A stretch of DNA of 64,000 nucleotides from Phallusia mammillata (taxonomy: Eukaryota), in contig OZ281496.1 of assembly GCA_965637545.1 (NCBI GenBank), forward strand, positions 25,048,001 through 25,112,000, given 5' to 3'. A program made the translations under genes and the position numbers. The first letter of the stretch is position 1. The number at the start of each line of letters is the position of its first letter. The notes beneath the pieces are model-generated. The model did no database searches. It was given only the letters and a program-made list of their open reading frames with translations, and had not been told where the DNA came from. Below, piece after piece: positions 51,869 through 63,792 of the stretch.

Positions 51869-52020
51869 GATTTTAGCTCGAAGTTGCTTTTTCTGTCTTG
51901 CAAAGTGTTGAAGCCTGTTTAAAGTACCTAAAACTCCGCACAGTAATAGCGTTACGGCTTACCGGCAGACTGTAACAATTAACACAGCGTTTGCCCGCAC
52001 ACACTGCAGTCACACCACAA

Positions 52021-52035
52021 CCGGAAATGACGTCA
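52021..52035. promoter_or_regulatory. ETS-CRE composite motif in the alpha-tubulin upstream region
   Basis: CCGGAAATGACGTCA: an ETS core overlapping a perfect CRE palindrome, in a GC-rich patch ~150 bp upstream of the tubulin ATG exon. Confidence 0.5.
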
Positions 52036-53319
52036 CTTCTGTCGTGCTCTCGACTTCGCCGTCCTTCCTCGTGCAGCCGCCACGAATGCAAGTCTGATGC
52101 CAAAGCATTTCATCCTCAAAAAACGTGCAATGAAAATAGTACTTAACCGCGCGACCTAGCGTTATTGATTGTCCTGACTTTGGTCACTGTTGGTTTGATT
52201 AATTGATTTGGCTTGCAAAGTTTCGATTTTTGGGTAACTTCTCATTGTGTTGGGAAAAAGTTAACCTGGGTTGTGTATACACTCATTTTTTTATGCCTAC
52301 AATAGAGTTTTTACCGTTAGGTGGTGCCGGTATTTGAGTTTATATTTGGTATCGACATTTGTTTAATCCCACACCTGATTTGATGCCATTTTGAATCGGG
52401 TTTATTTTTTACCTATTTATTGTGACTTGTTTATGGGGCAATATTGCATCCTTGTTAAAACTAACGGGAATTAAACGAAGCGTCTTTTATATCTTCAAGG
52501 GGGAGATCGAATGGTTATTTTGGATAAATCGAAAGGTGTTTTTACGTCGATCGGATGGTGTTTTTTAGGTAATGCAAATTCTACACGTGATTGAAGGACT
52601 TAAAACGCTTCCCGCAGACGTTTTCGCCTTTTTTACAGACGTTTTTTCGCTTCTTTCTAACAATACACACCATTCATTGTTCTGAACTCTAAATTTATTG
52701 ATCGTGAAAATAACGTATTTATATATTTTAAAACTCGTATTCATATGAATGATGCGTATCCAGTTATAAAGGGTAACATCAAAAGGTCGCGTACACGCTG
52801 TTGTTGGTCGATGACGTCGGTTGACCTCATCAAACACATACTACAATTATGATGACGCAGCCATAAATCTTAAAACGGTTGTGACGATTAGATAGCATTG
52901 AGAAATGCTAGGCTGCCACCTGAAGTTTATCAACGTGATCTCATGAATTATCCCCTCGTAGAGATCATTCCTCAAGCGTTTGTGACGGGCTCTTGGCTCA
53001 TTTCCTTTTCTGGTTATTTTTGAAACCTATACCTTACGATGCAAATCGGATGTGAGGTGTTGTATCACTTGGGCGGCGCAGCACGCGAGAACATCAGAAA
53101 CTAGTGCACTTTATTTTGTGAAAAGAAAACTCTGTGTTTTAACTTTTAAGATGCATGTTAGGTTTTTTATTGCAAATGTTATACTTTTCGGTTTTGCGGA
53201 GAAGCGGTTGCCAGATTTTAAAAGTAGTTGCACTGCCGTTCTGTTTTAGACTGCTTAATAAGATTGGTTTTTTTAGACCACTTAGTTGTATTAAATTAGG
53301 ACCTTTCTTTCACGCTGCA

Positions 53320-54219
53320 ATGGCTGTGAACGTGTCTGATCTCCCAGCAACAAGCAATCTTCTGAATGACTCGTTGTCTTACCCGGTAAAAATCGGATGT
53401 AGTGTGGCAACTGGATTGAGCCTTGTTATTTCAGCTTTTGTCGCTGTCTCCTTAGTCTGCTATGGACTGACACACAGGAAGTTTACGAAGGGAATTGTGA
53501 GCGGCCGTATTTTGTATATTCTGGCGTGTTTGGCCAGCTTTATCAATTGCATATTTCCTGCCCTTACCCTGGCCGTGTACGAAATTCCTAATACTAGTCA
53601 CTCAACAGTCCAATGTGCTATTCTGGTAAAGCTCATTCTTGGGATCCTGGGGATAAACGTCTTGACAATCTATACGTTCCTGTGGTTGAAACAACGCTGT
53701 CTCTACACAAGTGCTCTGCTTATTCACGCCAGAAAACCATGGATAAAAGTTCTTAGTTACTTGAGCATCGTTGGTATGGTAGCGGGCTTTCTGACCGCCA
53801 CTGTATTATACAACATTTTCCAGGATTATGACTACATTGGAAACGGTTGTATTTATGCAAACGAAGCCTTCATTTTACCATTGCTGGTGGCTTCGTCAGT
53901 GGACGCAATCGGCCAGTCTGTGTTGTTGTTTCTGTTTATTTACCCCTTCCAGTGCGCTCATATCGAAATCGAGGCGCGTTGTGGCATGAAATTTCTAAAA
54001 CGAACCGCGTTTATGTCCCTTGCGTGCGTTGTTACTGATCAAGCTGTGGCCGCCATGTCGGTGTTAATGAAAGCCCGCTATGTAAACATCCCCCTAGCTG
54101 CTTATACGTGCGGTGTAACGTTCAACGTAGTAGCTGTTTTGTTAACATTTGAGACCTGGCGAGATATTATCGCCAGTCCGCTGAGATGTGTGTCAAAGCG
54201 TATAACAGACCAAGGTTAA
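53320..54219 (+). CDS. Intronless orphan 7-TM (GPCR-like) protein, 299 aa
   Basis: ATG in GCAATGG context after an acceptor-like TTAAATTAG. Seven hydrophobic segments, N-terminal sequons NVS and NDS, Cys at the top of TM3 (VQCAIL) and in ECL2 (GNGCIY). No DRY or NPxxY. The ORF track's upstream extension from 53155 looks like intron/UTR. Confidence 0.85.
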   Translation: MAVNVSDLPATSNLLNDSLSYPVKIGCSVATGLSLVISAFVAVSLVCYGLTHRKFTKGIVSGRILYILACLASFINCIFPALTLAVYEIPNTSHSTVQCAILVKLILGILGINVLTIYTFLWLKQRCLYTSALLIHARKPWIKVLSYLSIVGMVAGFLTATVLYNIFQDYDYIGNGCIYANEAFILPLLVASSVDAIGQSVLLFLFIYPFQCAHIEIEARCGMKFLKRTAFMSLACVVTDQAVAAMSVLMKARYVNIPLAAYTCGVTFNVVAVLLTFETWRDIIASPLRCVSKRITDQG

Positions 54220-54279
54220 CCTGCCTTACTGCGCGTTTTTTATGTGCCGTTTTGTAACCTACGTAGTTAGTGTGTGGCT

Positions 54280-54587
54280 CAGAGTTGTAAGTCGGGCCGG
54301 GTTCGGGCGTAGGTTTTTTTTTAAAAAAAAAACAGGGTTGATTTGGGCCTGACTTTACACTCAGTGTCAGTACAAATTTAAGTAGCCAGTTGCTGGACCT
54401 GACCTAATGTCAAACAGGCCTAAAACACAATGTTTAAGACCAATAGTCTGTTGTATCTTTCGTGAGGCTTTAATGTATAGGCCTGTCAATTAAATTTTCG
54501 GGCCTAAACGGGCTTCTCAAAAACGTTTCGGTTTTGGGCTTGTACTTTCGGGTTCGGGCTCCAATTTCAGGCCCGTTTACAACTCTG
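54280..54587. mobile_element. hAT-type MITE family A, full length
   Basis: TIRs CAGAGTTGTAA / TTACAACTCTG; TSD GTGTGGCT / GTGTTGCT. Confidence 0.9.
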
Positions 54588-55433
54588 GTGTTGCTGCGTT
54601 TTTAAAAAAAAAAAAAACTTGTAAAATTATTTTCCTGTGTGCCACATTAAAACTTCAAACAATTCCATCTTTGTTGATGTTTAAACACCTTTTTCTTATT
54701 GCATTGTTGGCGTAAAAGATTTTTGTACAGTTAAAAAATAAATAAATAAATGAAAATAATACAGTGTTTGACAACGCTGTACAAGCAGTTGATGTTTAAT
54801 TTTTTCCTGGTATGTATTCTAAACACGCGATCCAACCAGAAGCAGCTACCAATTTTTTTTTGTTAAAAAGTTTTGTAAAAAAATCATAAAAAGTAGACAT
54901 GGTACCAATAAAAAATTGTTGTTGTTATTGTAAATCCAACTTAATAATTTTCATTCGGAGAAGCATTTACAGTAAACTCTACTAACAAATAAAACGATGA
55001 TTCATACAGTGTTTGAAAAATAGTTTGCTGTATTTAGCAGGTTTAATAGTTCGTAACATTTGTTAACACTGCAGATCGAGCCATGTGTAGTTCATGGCTC
55101 TTTATGAGTAATTTATATCCATTGGTGGTATAGGTAAGTGCGAACAGTGAAGTCGACATGAACTTCCCATGTATTGCGCTCATTTATGTCCGTGGAAGTG
55201 TCCTTCCTATGAATTGCGCTCTGAATTATCATGCTTCTGCTGTCAGAGCCTTCAGGACACTTGACATTTTTTGAAAAGGATGTCAATATCAATTTGAAAT
55301 GCTTCGGAAGATTATATTGTGAAATTGATCTTTGATATTTGAAACGCAGATCAGTATAGAGCACTTTGCAAATGTCAAACGCTTTGTTTTGCAAAATATG
55401 GAAATGCTTCTGTAATAGGCTACCTAATTAGTC

Positions 55434-55813
55434 CAGAGGTTCTTAACCTTTTTATCATGGCCGAACCCATATGATATTCTTTAGCCTTTAGTCGAACCCC
55501 AACAAGTTACATCCTAGGTTTCTAGCTCATTTTGTGCTTTTGACCATGCGTTTTTGCCCCCAACAAGGAATCATTGTTTTTCTGCTTACCAACAATGCGC
55601 ACAGTGTTCTTTGTTACGTCAAATAGAACACAGATACAACCTTTCAAAGTTTTGCCATCTATAGCAAATAAAATTGCTATTTTTAGCGACTTAATACTTC
55701 TATAGTTTGATTAAAACGCTTAAGTATTTGTTGTTCAAAATACCTTCGTCGAACCCCTGAATCAGCGTTACCGAAACCCTGGGGTTCGATCGAACCCAGG
55801 TTAAGAACCACTG
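55434..55813. mobile_element. hAT (Buster/Charlie-like) MITE
   Basis: TIRs CAGAGGTTCTTAACCT / AGGTTAAGAACCACTG; TSD AATTAGTC / CCTTAGTC; repeated TCGAACCC subterminal motifs. Confidence 0.85.
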
Positions 55814-56583
55814 CCTTAGTCCGATACACGGACAAGGAAATTTGATGTCTGGTTTATCATCAATACACTCCAAAAGGTTGATTAAATGCCCTTAAAACCA
55901 GTGGTTTTCAAACACAGGTCCTAAAGCTATTGTTGGATTGTTTTGTAGCGTCTGTCAATGCAAATATTGATTTCAAATAGTTTTTCAAAAAATTTTTTAA
56001 ATACCACCCTACAAATGTTAACTTTTAATCCAAAATGCTTGACAACTTTTGATTTCTGATTTCTTACCTTCTTTTTTATAAAAAATGCATAAATTACTTT
56101 TTTCATAACAGGAAATTTGACGCAAGGGACGAGTTTAAAAAAGTGGTTCATTGCAACAAAACTCTTTGAAACCTCCGCTTTAAAACAAATATTTCAAAAC
56201 GTATATCTTTTGAATGCGTGGCACCGAATTTTTAATGTTTTCACTAAGCAATTTGTTTTTCAGATGCCTGGAGTGGTTTAGATGTGCATTCACGACTCCT
56301 GGTTAAAGAAGGGTTTTCCTGGGACAGGATCTCTAGTTCTGGCGACAATCCCTGTGACTCTGGAAAAGTCTTGAATGGAAAATGATATGGTATGCAAACT
56401 TGTCGGTCACTTCCCCAAAAGCAACGTATTTTTGACTAACAAGGGGTTGTTATTCCCTTTTGGTTGGAAAGGAGTCTCAAAGCCTAAATCTACACACGGG
56501 ATAGAAAGGTGTCTGAAATTGGCGTTGTAGATTTTAAATTCGATTCACCCTTAGACCATAAAAATTGTAAAGGTAATGTTATC

Positions 56584-56905
56584 CAGAGTTGTAAACGGGC
56601 CGGGTTCTGGCTTAGGCTTTTTCAAAAAAAACGGCTTGTTTCGGGCCTGACTTTACATTCTGTGTCAGTATTTCTTTTAATTATGTAACTAGCTAAGTAG
56701 CCAGTTGCTGGACCTGACCTAATGTTAAACAGCTTTAAAACTCTGTGTTCAAGAACGTTTGTTTATTGTGTTTGTTGTCTTGGTATTCCCAAGGCTTCAA
56801 TGTATAGGCCTGTCAATCAAACTTTCGGGTCTGAACGAGCTTTTTAAAAACCATTCGGGATAGGGCCGGGTTCGGGCTCCAATTTTTAGCCGGTTCACAA
56901 CTCTG
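56584..56905. mobile_element. hAT-type MITE family A, full length
   Basis: TIRs CAGAGTTGTAA / TCACAACTCTG; TSD ATGTTATC / ATGTAAAC. Confidence 0.88.
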
Positions 56906-57489
56906 ATGTAAACTTCAGGGAGCTCTCCAGTCAAGGGAGCTTAGCGTATTGGCGTCAAATGACGAGTAGAATGGCAAGTCAAATGAATACAGGTTCTGGA
57001 CCTCAAACGCCCTTGTTTTAGTTCGTTTTCATATGGAACAACAGGAATATGTGGTCTGGCCAATGGGTCGATGACAGCGTGAGCTGAGATAACGCTTGTC
57101 AGTCCAGGAAGTACCTGGTAACTAGGTGAATAAAGTAGATAACATGGCGGATAAAAAAGTTAATACGTTCGCACCGAACGCGAAGGCAATAATTCAGTTT
57201 GTGTAAATTCCTATCTAAGGAATAATTAAATTTCACCTAAGAGTTCAAAAAGGTTGCGAATGTGGCCATTAACTTTAGTTGGCGTTGTATGAGAATTTAG
57301 CCTTCTTAACAAACACTTAGCGTTGCTGTAATGAAACAACATTGTACAAATACACAGTACAACTTAGTTGTGACCGCTCAAAGACTATTTCACAACCTCG
57401 AACAACTAGAATAAAAAAACACATTTGCAACAAAGTTAAAACTTGAGCTTGCACACAAAAGCCTATTTGGCAGAGAATATTGCTAAACC

Positions 57490-57565
57490 AACTTTTGGCT
57501 TTTTTATAGTTTCTCTGTTTAAAAATATTTTGGCTTTTTTATAGTTTCTCTGTTTACAAATATTT
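57490..57565. repeat. Short tandem duplication (~36 bp)
   Basis: TTTTGGCTTTTT(T)ATAGTTTCTCTGTTTA.AAATATTT occurs twice. Confidence 0.85.
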
Positions 57566-57940
57566 GTCCAATTCTGACATTTAAAACCCTTGTTACTTTG
57601 ATTTCAGCTCTGATGAATAATGTTTCCACCACCGCGTATGGATGACAGTGTCCATGGGCAAAAAATCGAAACACCTGCCCTCTAGCGCTTTACTCGGCAG
57701 ACCTAATAGATTAGGTTGTTCTCAAGAGGAATATTCGAAAAGGTAACGTGACATATGCAGTTGATATTAAAACGCGAACGATGCGCAACTTTTAGCGATC
57801 ACAAATCGAAATGTTAATAGTAAACCCACGGTGTAAAAACAATGGTACGAATACAATGTTAGCTTATAGCAGTGGTGTTCAATCTTATACGGATCGCGTA
57901 CCACTTGACAACTTTTCCTATTGCTGTGTACCACCTAAAC

Positions 57941-58111
57941 CAGTGGTTTTCAACCATTTTGTAGCCCCGGACCCGCTTTATAAACTGTGTAGGTCTCTGG
58001 CCTCCAACGTAATTTAGCGCAGGTTTTTGGTAAACATATTTGCCTCCATGAACCCCCTGAACCATCTCACGGACCCCTTTGATTCCGCAAACCCCAGGTT
58101 GGGAACCACTG
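57941..58111. mobile_element. Short hAT (Buster/Charlie-like) MITE
   Basis: TIRs CAGTGGTTTTCAACC / GGTTGGGAACCACTG; perfect TSD ACCTAAAC. Confidence 0.9.
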
Positions 58112-58284
58112 ACCTAAACCCTGTTTGAATAGGTGGACCAAGAAATAGATCTATTTTCTCGACCTGGCTAGCATATTAGCAGTTTCAAAAGATTGTCTAA
58201 AACACGACCCAAATCAGGGCTTGTCAGTTGGGTCAGTTGACTTGCAATTTTAGATCGGACTTTCATTGAGTATCACACAAAGCT

Positions 58285-58352
58285 ACTCGCGTACGACCTG
58301 AAAAGTTCCGTCGTACCACTAGTGGTACGCGTACCACAGTTTGAGAACTACT
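58285..58352. mobile_element. Right end of another hAT MITE
   Basis: GTACCACTAGTGGTACGCGTACCACAGTTTGAGAACTACTG, a Charlie-like terminal sequence; left end not found. Confidence 0.6.
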
Positions 58353-59229
58353 GGCTTAAAGTGACCGATGAACTACAATACGAAAAAAGTATTTAACACC
58401 CAATATGAAAATATGGGCGTTGAGAAACCGTGCTATCTAATAACCACACAACTGAGTTAACTGTGAAAACGCTTTGTTATAATATTGATGATCGTGTCGC
58501 TACATACATAAGATGCGTTCTAATCGTGCGCATTTGCGGCTTAGGACATTACACGCCTTGAGAAGAAAAGAAATAAATCAGAGTATGAACACCTTCGAAA
58601 ATCAAATGTAAAACAGCAATGTACCAATACACCTTAATTTAAAATGTTTTTTAAAATGATTAATTGTGCACAAAGTACAAATTGTCTAAGAAAAAGGGTT
58701 ATCCTTTTTGAATGTGCTCGACTTATTTAACGCCTATGTAAGTGCAACTGCTCTTGGAAACTGCATGTAGAAAAGAAAACTTTCCATGTTTTAATCTGGG
58801 AAACAACCCATGAAAATAGATAACGCCGGCCTAAATCGGCATGTTGCTCTTTCCATATCACATTTCGCATGTATGCTTTTATTTCAGCTTTGTGTATGCG
58901 TTGTGTGACGGGTTAAACCACCGTAAAATATTGTTTTAGTTAAAAGTCTAAGCATTGCCATAAAGTAACATTAACTTGTTGTTTAAAAGCCATCCTGTAA
59001 GTTAAAAGGCAATTTACCGCAGGCTCAATTGCAACACCATTTTCAGTTCCAGAGCACACCGACGCAGGTTGCCTCTCGAAATCTTTGAGCATTCCGGTTC
59101 AAGACCTGATGATTGACTCACTCGGCACTGTCATTGGACGGTTTGTGCGCGCTAGTGACGTTGGAAAATCCAGCATTCTGATTGGCTAAGAAAAAAAGAA
59201 AAAAATGAAACGGTTGTGCCTGGACTCGT

Positions 59230-61500
59230 GGTTTCTTTCATTTGACTTTGGACGCCAGTGAGGGAGGCTGTGTTTTTTTGTAGTCGTCATTTATTCAAGG
59301 ACTTCCGAGTTTGCAGGTAATAGCTTTGAAGCATTTAGAGGTGTAATCGCTTTTATGTTTTCAAGATAGTGTGAAGTATATTGTGCGTTAACTTTACTAA
59401 GTTTAACGATCCTAAGTAGTTTCTGTTCTATGCTGCGATGAGATTCAGTGCTGATCAAGTTCATAATTTTAAATTTTAGTTTATTGGTTTAGTTATGTAA
59501 GATAGTTCATCTGCCATTTATTCTGTGGTGACCGCCGCGCCGCACAAACGTAAAATGTCTGCTCATATTGTATGACTGATCGTTGAAATCAAAATGCCAG
59601 TAAAGACTCCTTTAGTTTATAGTTTTATTAGACAGTATGTTTAGTTATTATTTTATTTTTGCTAATTATTATATATTTTTCAGAACAAAAATAAAGCGGC
59701 GCTTTGTGGATGGAACTGGACCATGAAGTAAGTTATCGATGATTTACTTTTTTATTTATTTGCTTTTTTAATAATTTTGTTGCGCTCTATTATATAGTAC
59801 TTTCGCTGAAGCCTGCTTTCTCCGTCAATGTTGTTTTTCCAATAGACTTCTTGTAATACTATATGTAATGGATGTCACTTGCATTACTCCATGTTTATTT
59901 TAAAGTTCTTTCGTTTATTGTATCAGTATGTAAACAGTTCAGCTATAACTTATATATATGGGTTGTGTGGTGAAGGCCGCGCACCACAAACAATAAGTTT
60001 CTGCTATTGTTTAATAACTTACCGTTGCAATTAAGTCAACAAAATAGTATCATTATAGTATTACGTAGACAGCTTTTTGTTTGTTTGTTTTTTTTATGTT
60101 TTTTTATTTTTGTTTGTTTTTTGCTGATGATTTTGTAATATATTTTAGAACAAGAAGAAATAAAACAGGACATCGAATGTCAGTTCAACTACAATAAAGT
60201 AAGTAATTGTTTTATTGCGTTGTGTTAAAAGCTACTTTTTCTGTATTTTAAACACTGTGTAATGCATGTCACTTGTGCTATGATATCATACTTTACTAAT
60301 GTTCGTATTATTATTTTAGAACAACAATCTATTTGTGCTTTAGATGGAACTCGACAATGTCTTCCAGTTCTACTACAATGAAGTAAGTAACCCATTGTTT
60401 TTTTACCATGTATTAAAAGACACTTTTGGTAGATCATGCGTCATCAATTATGATTTTTTAATTTAGTTTTCAATTAAATTAGTGAGACACCTAGTGTGTT
60501 GGGACATATTGCGATACTATGTAATGGTTGTCACTTGGCGCTAAACGTTAGGGTCTTTGAACTACTTAACGTATCCACTTCGTATTAAACAAGTTATGAT
60601 AGCGTTGCTTTGTTCTGTGCAAGCAAGTTTATGTCGTCGTTACCGAAGTCTGACTTTTTATCTCATATTTTGTACAAATTGTAATTCTTACTTGACTTGC
60701 AATCGTAGCATGACTTAAGTGGTGCGCTATAGATAATAAGTGTTGTATTAAACTTTGCTTTGTAGCAACTACCATACGAGTGGACAATAATAGTCAACGC
60801 TTTTAAATCAATACTTTACACGAGCAATACTGGAGCTAATTTTTAGTTATTCTTCTACATTAAACTTTAATTGTGCTTTAGTTTATCGTAGTTCCGAATT
60901 CACGCTACAATCCATCTAGGAACGAACGGGTGAAACACTCTTCAGAAAACGAAATGACATCCAAGCCATCAAAGCCAACTGTAAGCAAAATAAACAGCAT
61001 ACTTTATTGTTACTTATGTTTTATACTGTTGGTAATCCTATGCCTCGAAATAGCATGAAAACCACGTTAATGGCGCTTTATGTTAAATAAATGTTAAGTT
61101 TGATTACCTTGCCATTCATTGATTATAATTGTAATGTCGTTAACATTAGTATATTACATCAAGTAAATTGTACAATAAGTAATGTCACATCCTAGCTTGC
61201 TATGTTATTCACATTGGTATATAGCATTAAGTCAATTATAATTGTGTTTAGTTTAATAAGTGATTTTTAACTGGATGTTTGAGTGTTTTGCAGGTGCTGA
61301 TGAAGACAAGGCACTATTCAATCTCTGTCGTGAAGCTTGCAACAACACTGTTTTCGTTTAACACCGCAATTGATAAGTTCATGCATATATGTAAACTTCA
61401 AATAGGACTTATTTTTTGCATAATAATTAAGGATATAATTACAAGGGTGGTTTTCCAAGTTACCACATATTGTAGTTTACACACATTGTAGTTCATGCTT
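59230..61500 (+). other. Unidentified spliced locus with small exons (possibly a short protein-coding gene)
   Basis: CCAAT box (ATTGG ~59180), donor TTTGCAG|GTAATA (~59316), exon-like units 59684-59727, 60149-60198, 60320/60344-60382, ~60882-60980 and an acceptor at 61293, each with a pyrimidine-tract acceptor and/or GTAAG donor. No family recognised. Confidence 0.5.
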
Positions 61501-62514
61501 CCTACAATAAATGCTTTATAATTCCAACATTGGAGCGTTTATGGTTCCGCCTTTACTGAAACCTACTGCACTCCCGTGAAAAAGAAAACAAGCTTTTGCC
61601 ATGTACCGATTTGAAACTTATAGTGTTAATTAAGTCCATTAAGGAATTGGTTTGCGCGTAAATGGTCGGTTTAATACGTAGGTATATATTTTACATCTTT
61701 ATATTTAAAGATTTCCTTCTCAATTTTTTATATAACAAATATTATTAACATAATGTCCTGGGGGGATTGTTAGTAATTAAACAGATTTTGAAACAAGTAG
61801 TGTTCTTCTATTGGGTTGTAAACTGTCCCAAGGAGTTGCACCGATATTCGATGTCCCGACGGATCTTGGAACACATGAACAAGTGTGGAAATGAACCATT
61901 ATGTAATAAAGTTTGTTTAATAACGTATAAATTGAATTGAGATTATAATTCAAAACTATGTTTCCTTAAATACCCTTATGGTGTAAAAATAAACGCCTAA
62001 ATATATGCAAAATTTAAAGGTAAGTAATGTAGAACGTTTTTTAGTGTACTGGTCATACCGATCGTCTCTGAGAAGGTATTCTGCATGGTACTGGAGAAGA
62101 GTGAAGTATTCAATCGATGAATCGAAACGGACACCATGATCGTACGCCCAAACTTCAGCACTCCTTCTGGCCCAACGTCGGGTGTTTTTGTTTCGTAACA
62201 CTGTTTTCGTTTTAATGCTTCGTCGTTCATATCGCACACACATGGAAGTCACGGAACCTAGCTCTCTCTCACATATGGACAATGGATCGCGGTGAGGAAG
62301 TACGCCCAATCGTACAAATCGGAAGAAGACCCCCTGGATCACAACATATCACACACAAGGAGCAATCAACTGGACCACAACATATTATATATGGAACGTC
62401 TTACTGGAGCGCAAACATAACACACAACATACCCAAATTTTTGACTGGTGCTCATTCGCCCTGCACAATAAAATTATGGAATTTACACATTGTGGTGAAT
62501 TGCAGTTATTCCAG

Positions 62515-63150
62515 AAACTGAGAATTACGCATTTTATGAGTTTTTCAAAAAATTTGCAAATAATCTGTAAACGGAAAATACGTATTTTATGTATTTTTAA
62601 AAAAATTTGCAAATAATCTGTAAACGGAAGATACGTATTTTATGTATTTTTTATAAATAATCTGTAACCGTAAAAAACATATTTTAGTTAAATGAAATAA
62701 TGCCTATGCTGCACTTCTTTTTAAATTGTTCGTAAATACGTATTTTAGTGTTTTTATAACTCTGAAAAGGTAAAATACATATTTTAGTGTTTCTTATAAC
62801 TTCAATCTGGAAAAGTAAAATTCTGAAAAACGTAAAATACGTTTTTTATATGTTAATGTAAATTTGCGTATTGGTGTTTTTTGTTTTGCAAATGTAAAAA
62901 AAATCTGTAGGCCTAACCGTAATAATACATCCAGACTGGCTGATAAGGTGGCTTTAGGGTCTTTTGCCACCCTCCAGCGCAAATAAACTTACTATCCTAC
63001 TTCTGTCTTTCTTTACATTTGTAGATAGGTTAAGCTGTAGTTACGTAAATACGTATTTTTGTGTTTCTTATAAATTGGTAGTTAGGTTAAGCTGTAGGTA
63101 CGTAAATACGTATTTTTGTGTTTCTTGCAAATAATCCACAAAATACGTAT
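62515..63150. repeat. AT-rich minisatellite region (~53-bp and 57-bp units; recurrent AATACGTATT)
   Basis: AATTTGCAAATAATCTGTAAACGGAA at 62551 and 62604; GGTTAAGCTGTAG.TACGTAAATACGTATTTTTGTGTTTCTT at 63028 and 63085. Confidence 0.85.
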
Positions 63151-63792
63151 TTTGCATTTTTTAAATAACAGGCATTTTTTGTATATTTTCCATTTTTTGT
63201 ATATTTTCCCAGTACCGGTAAAATGCAAATTCTACATATAATGTCTAAAACTGTAAAACATTCACAACCGTCTTTTGTAGTTAATGCATTTATTGCACCC
63301 GAGCAAGTGTTCAACGTTCATGTGATATCATGACCGTGGAAGTATGTGTTAAATATGGTGTTTGTTTGCGAAATCCAATGTGTAATATGTGTTCCATTGT
63401 TCCCGCGTAATGTGTGTGTCTTGTTCCATGTCCAAGCTGTTCCCCGGCGACACTCCATGATCGGGAGGTTTCCGTCTGTCCGGTAGGTGTGTGTGAAATA
63501 ATAAAGACTTAAAATACACAACGAAGCGAAAATATTCAACACAAGAAAAATAAGACTAAACCGATCATTTGGTTCAATTTAGCTTAGCTAAGGATTAAAG
63601 GTCCAAGATTAGTATTAGCATTAGACTTACCGTCGTTAGCATTAATTCACAATTGCCAAACGATATCCATATAGGCCTACAAAGTGGGTATTGACAAAAA
63701 GCCTTTTTATTTGTGGCCGTCATACCCATAAAGACACTTCTATTATCGTTTATGCAAAGGTTCCCAACTAAATACCCTAAATACGTTGAAAG

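Noticed and set aside
53155-53319. N-terminal extension of the 7-TM ORF given in the ORF track
   Set aside because: AT-rich, T-run-containing sequence ending in an acceptor-like TAG just before a good ATG at 53320; more likely intron or UTR.
57139-57206. 20-codon ORF MADKKVNTFAPNAKAIIQFV with strong start context / YY1-like AACATGGCGG
   Set aside because: Too short to support without expression or conservation data.
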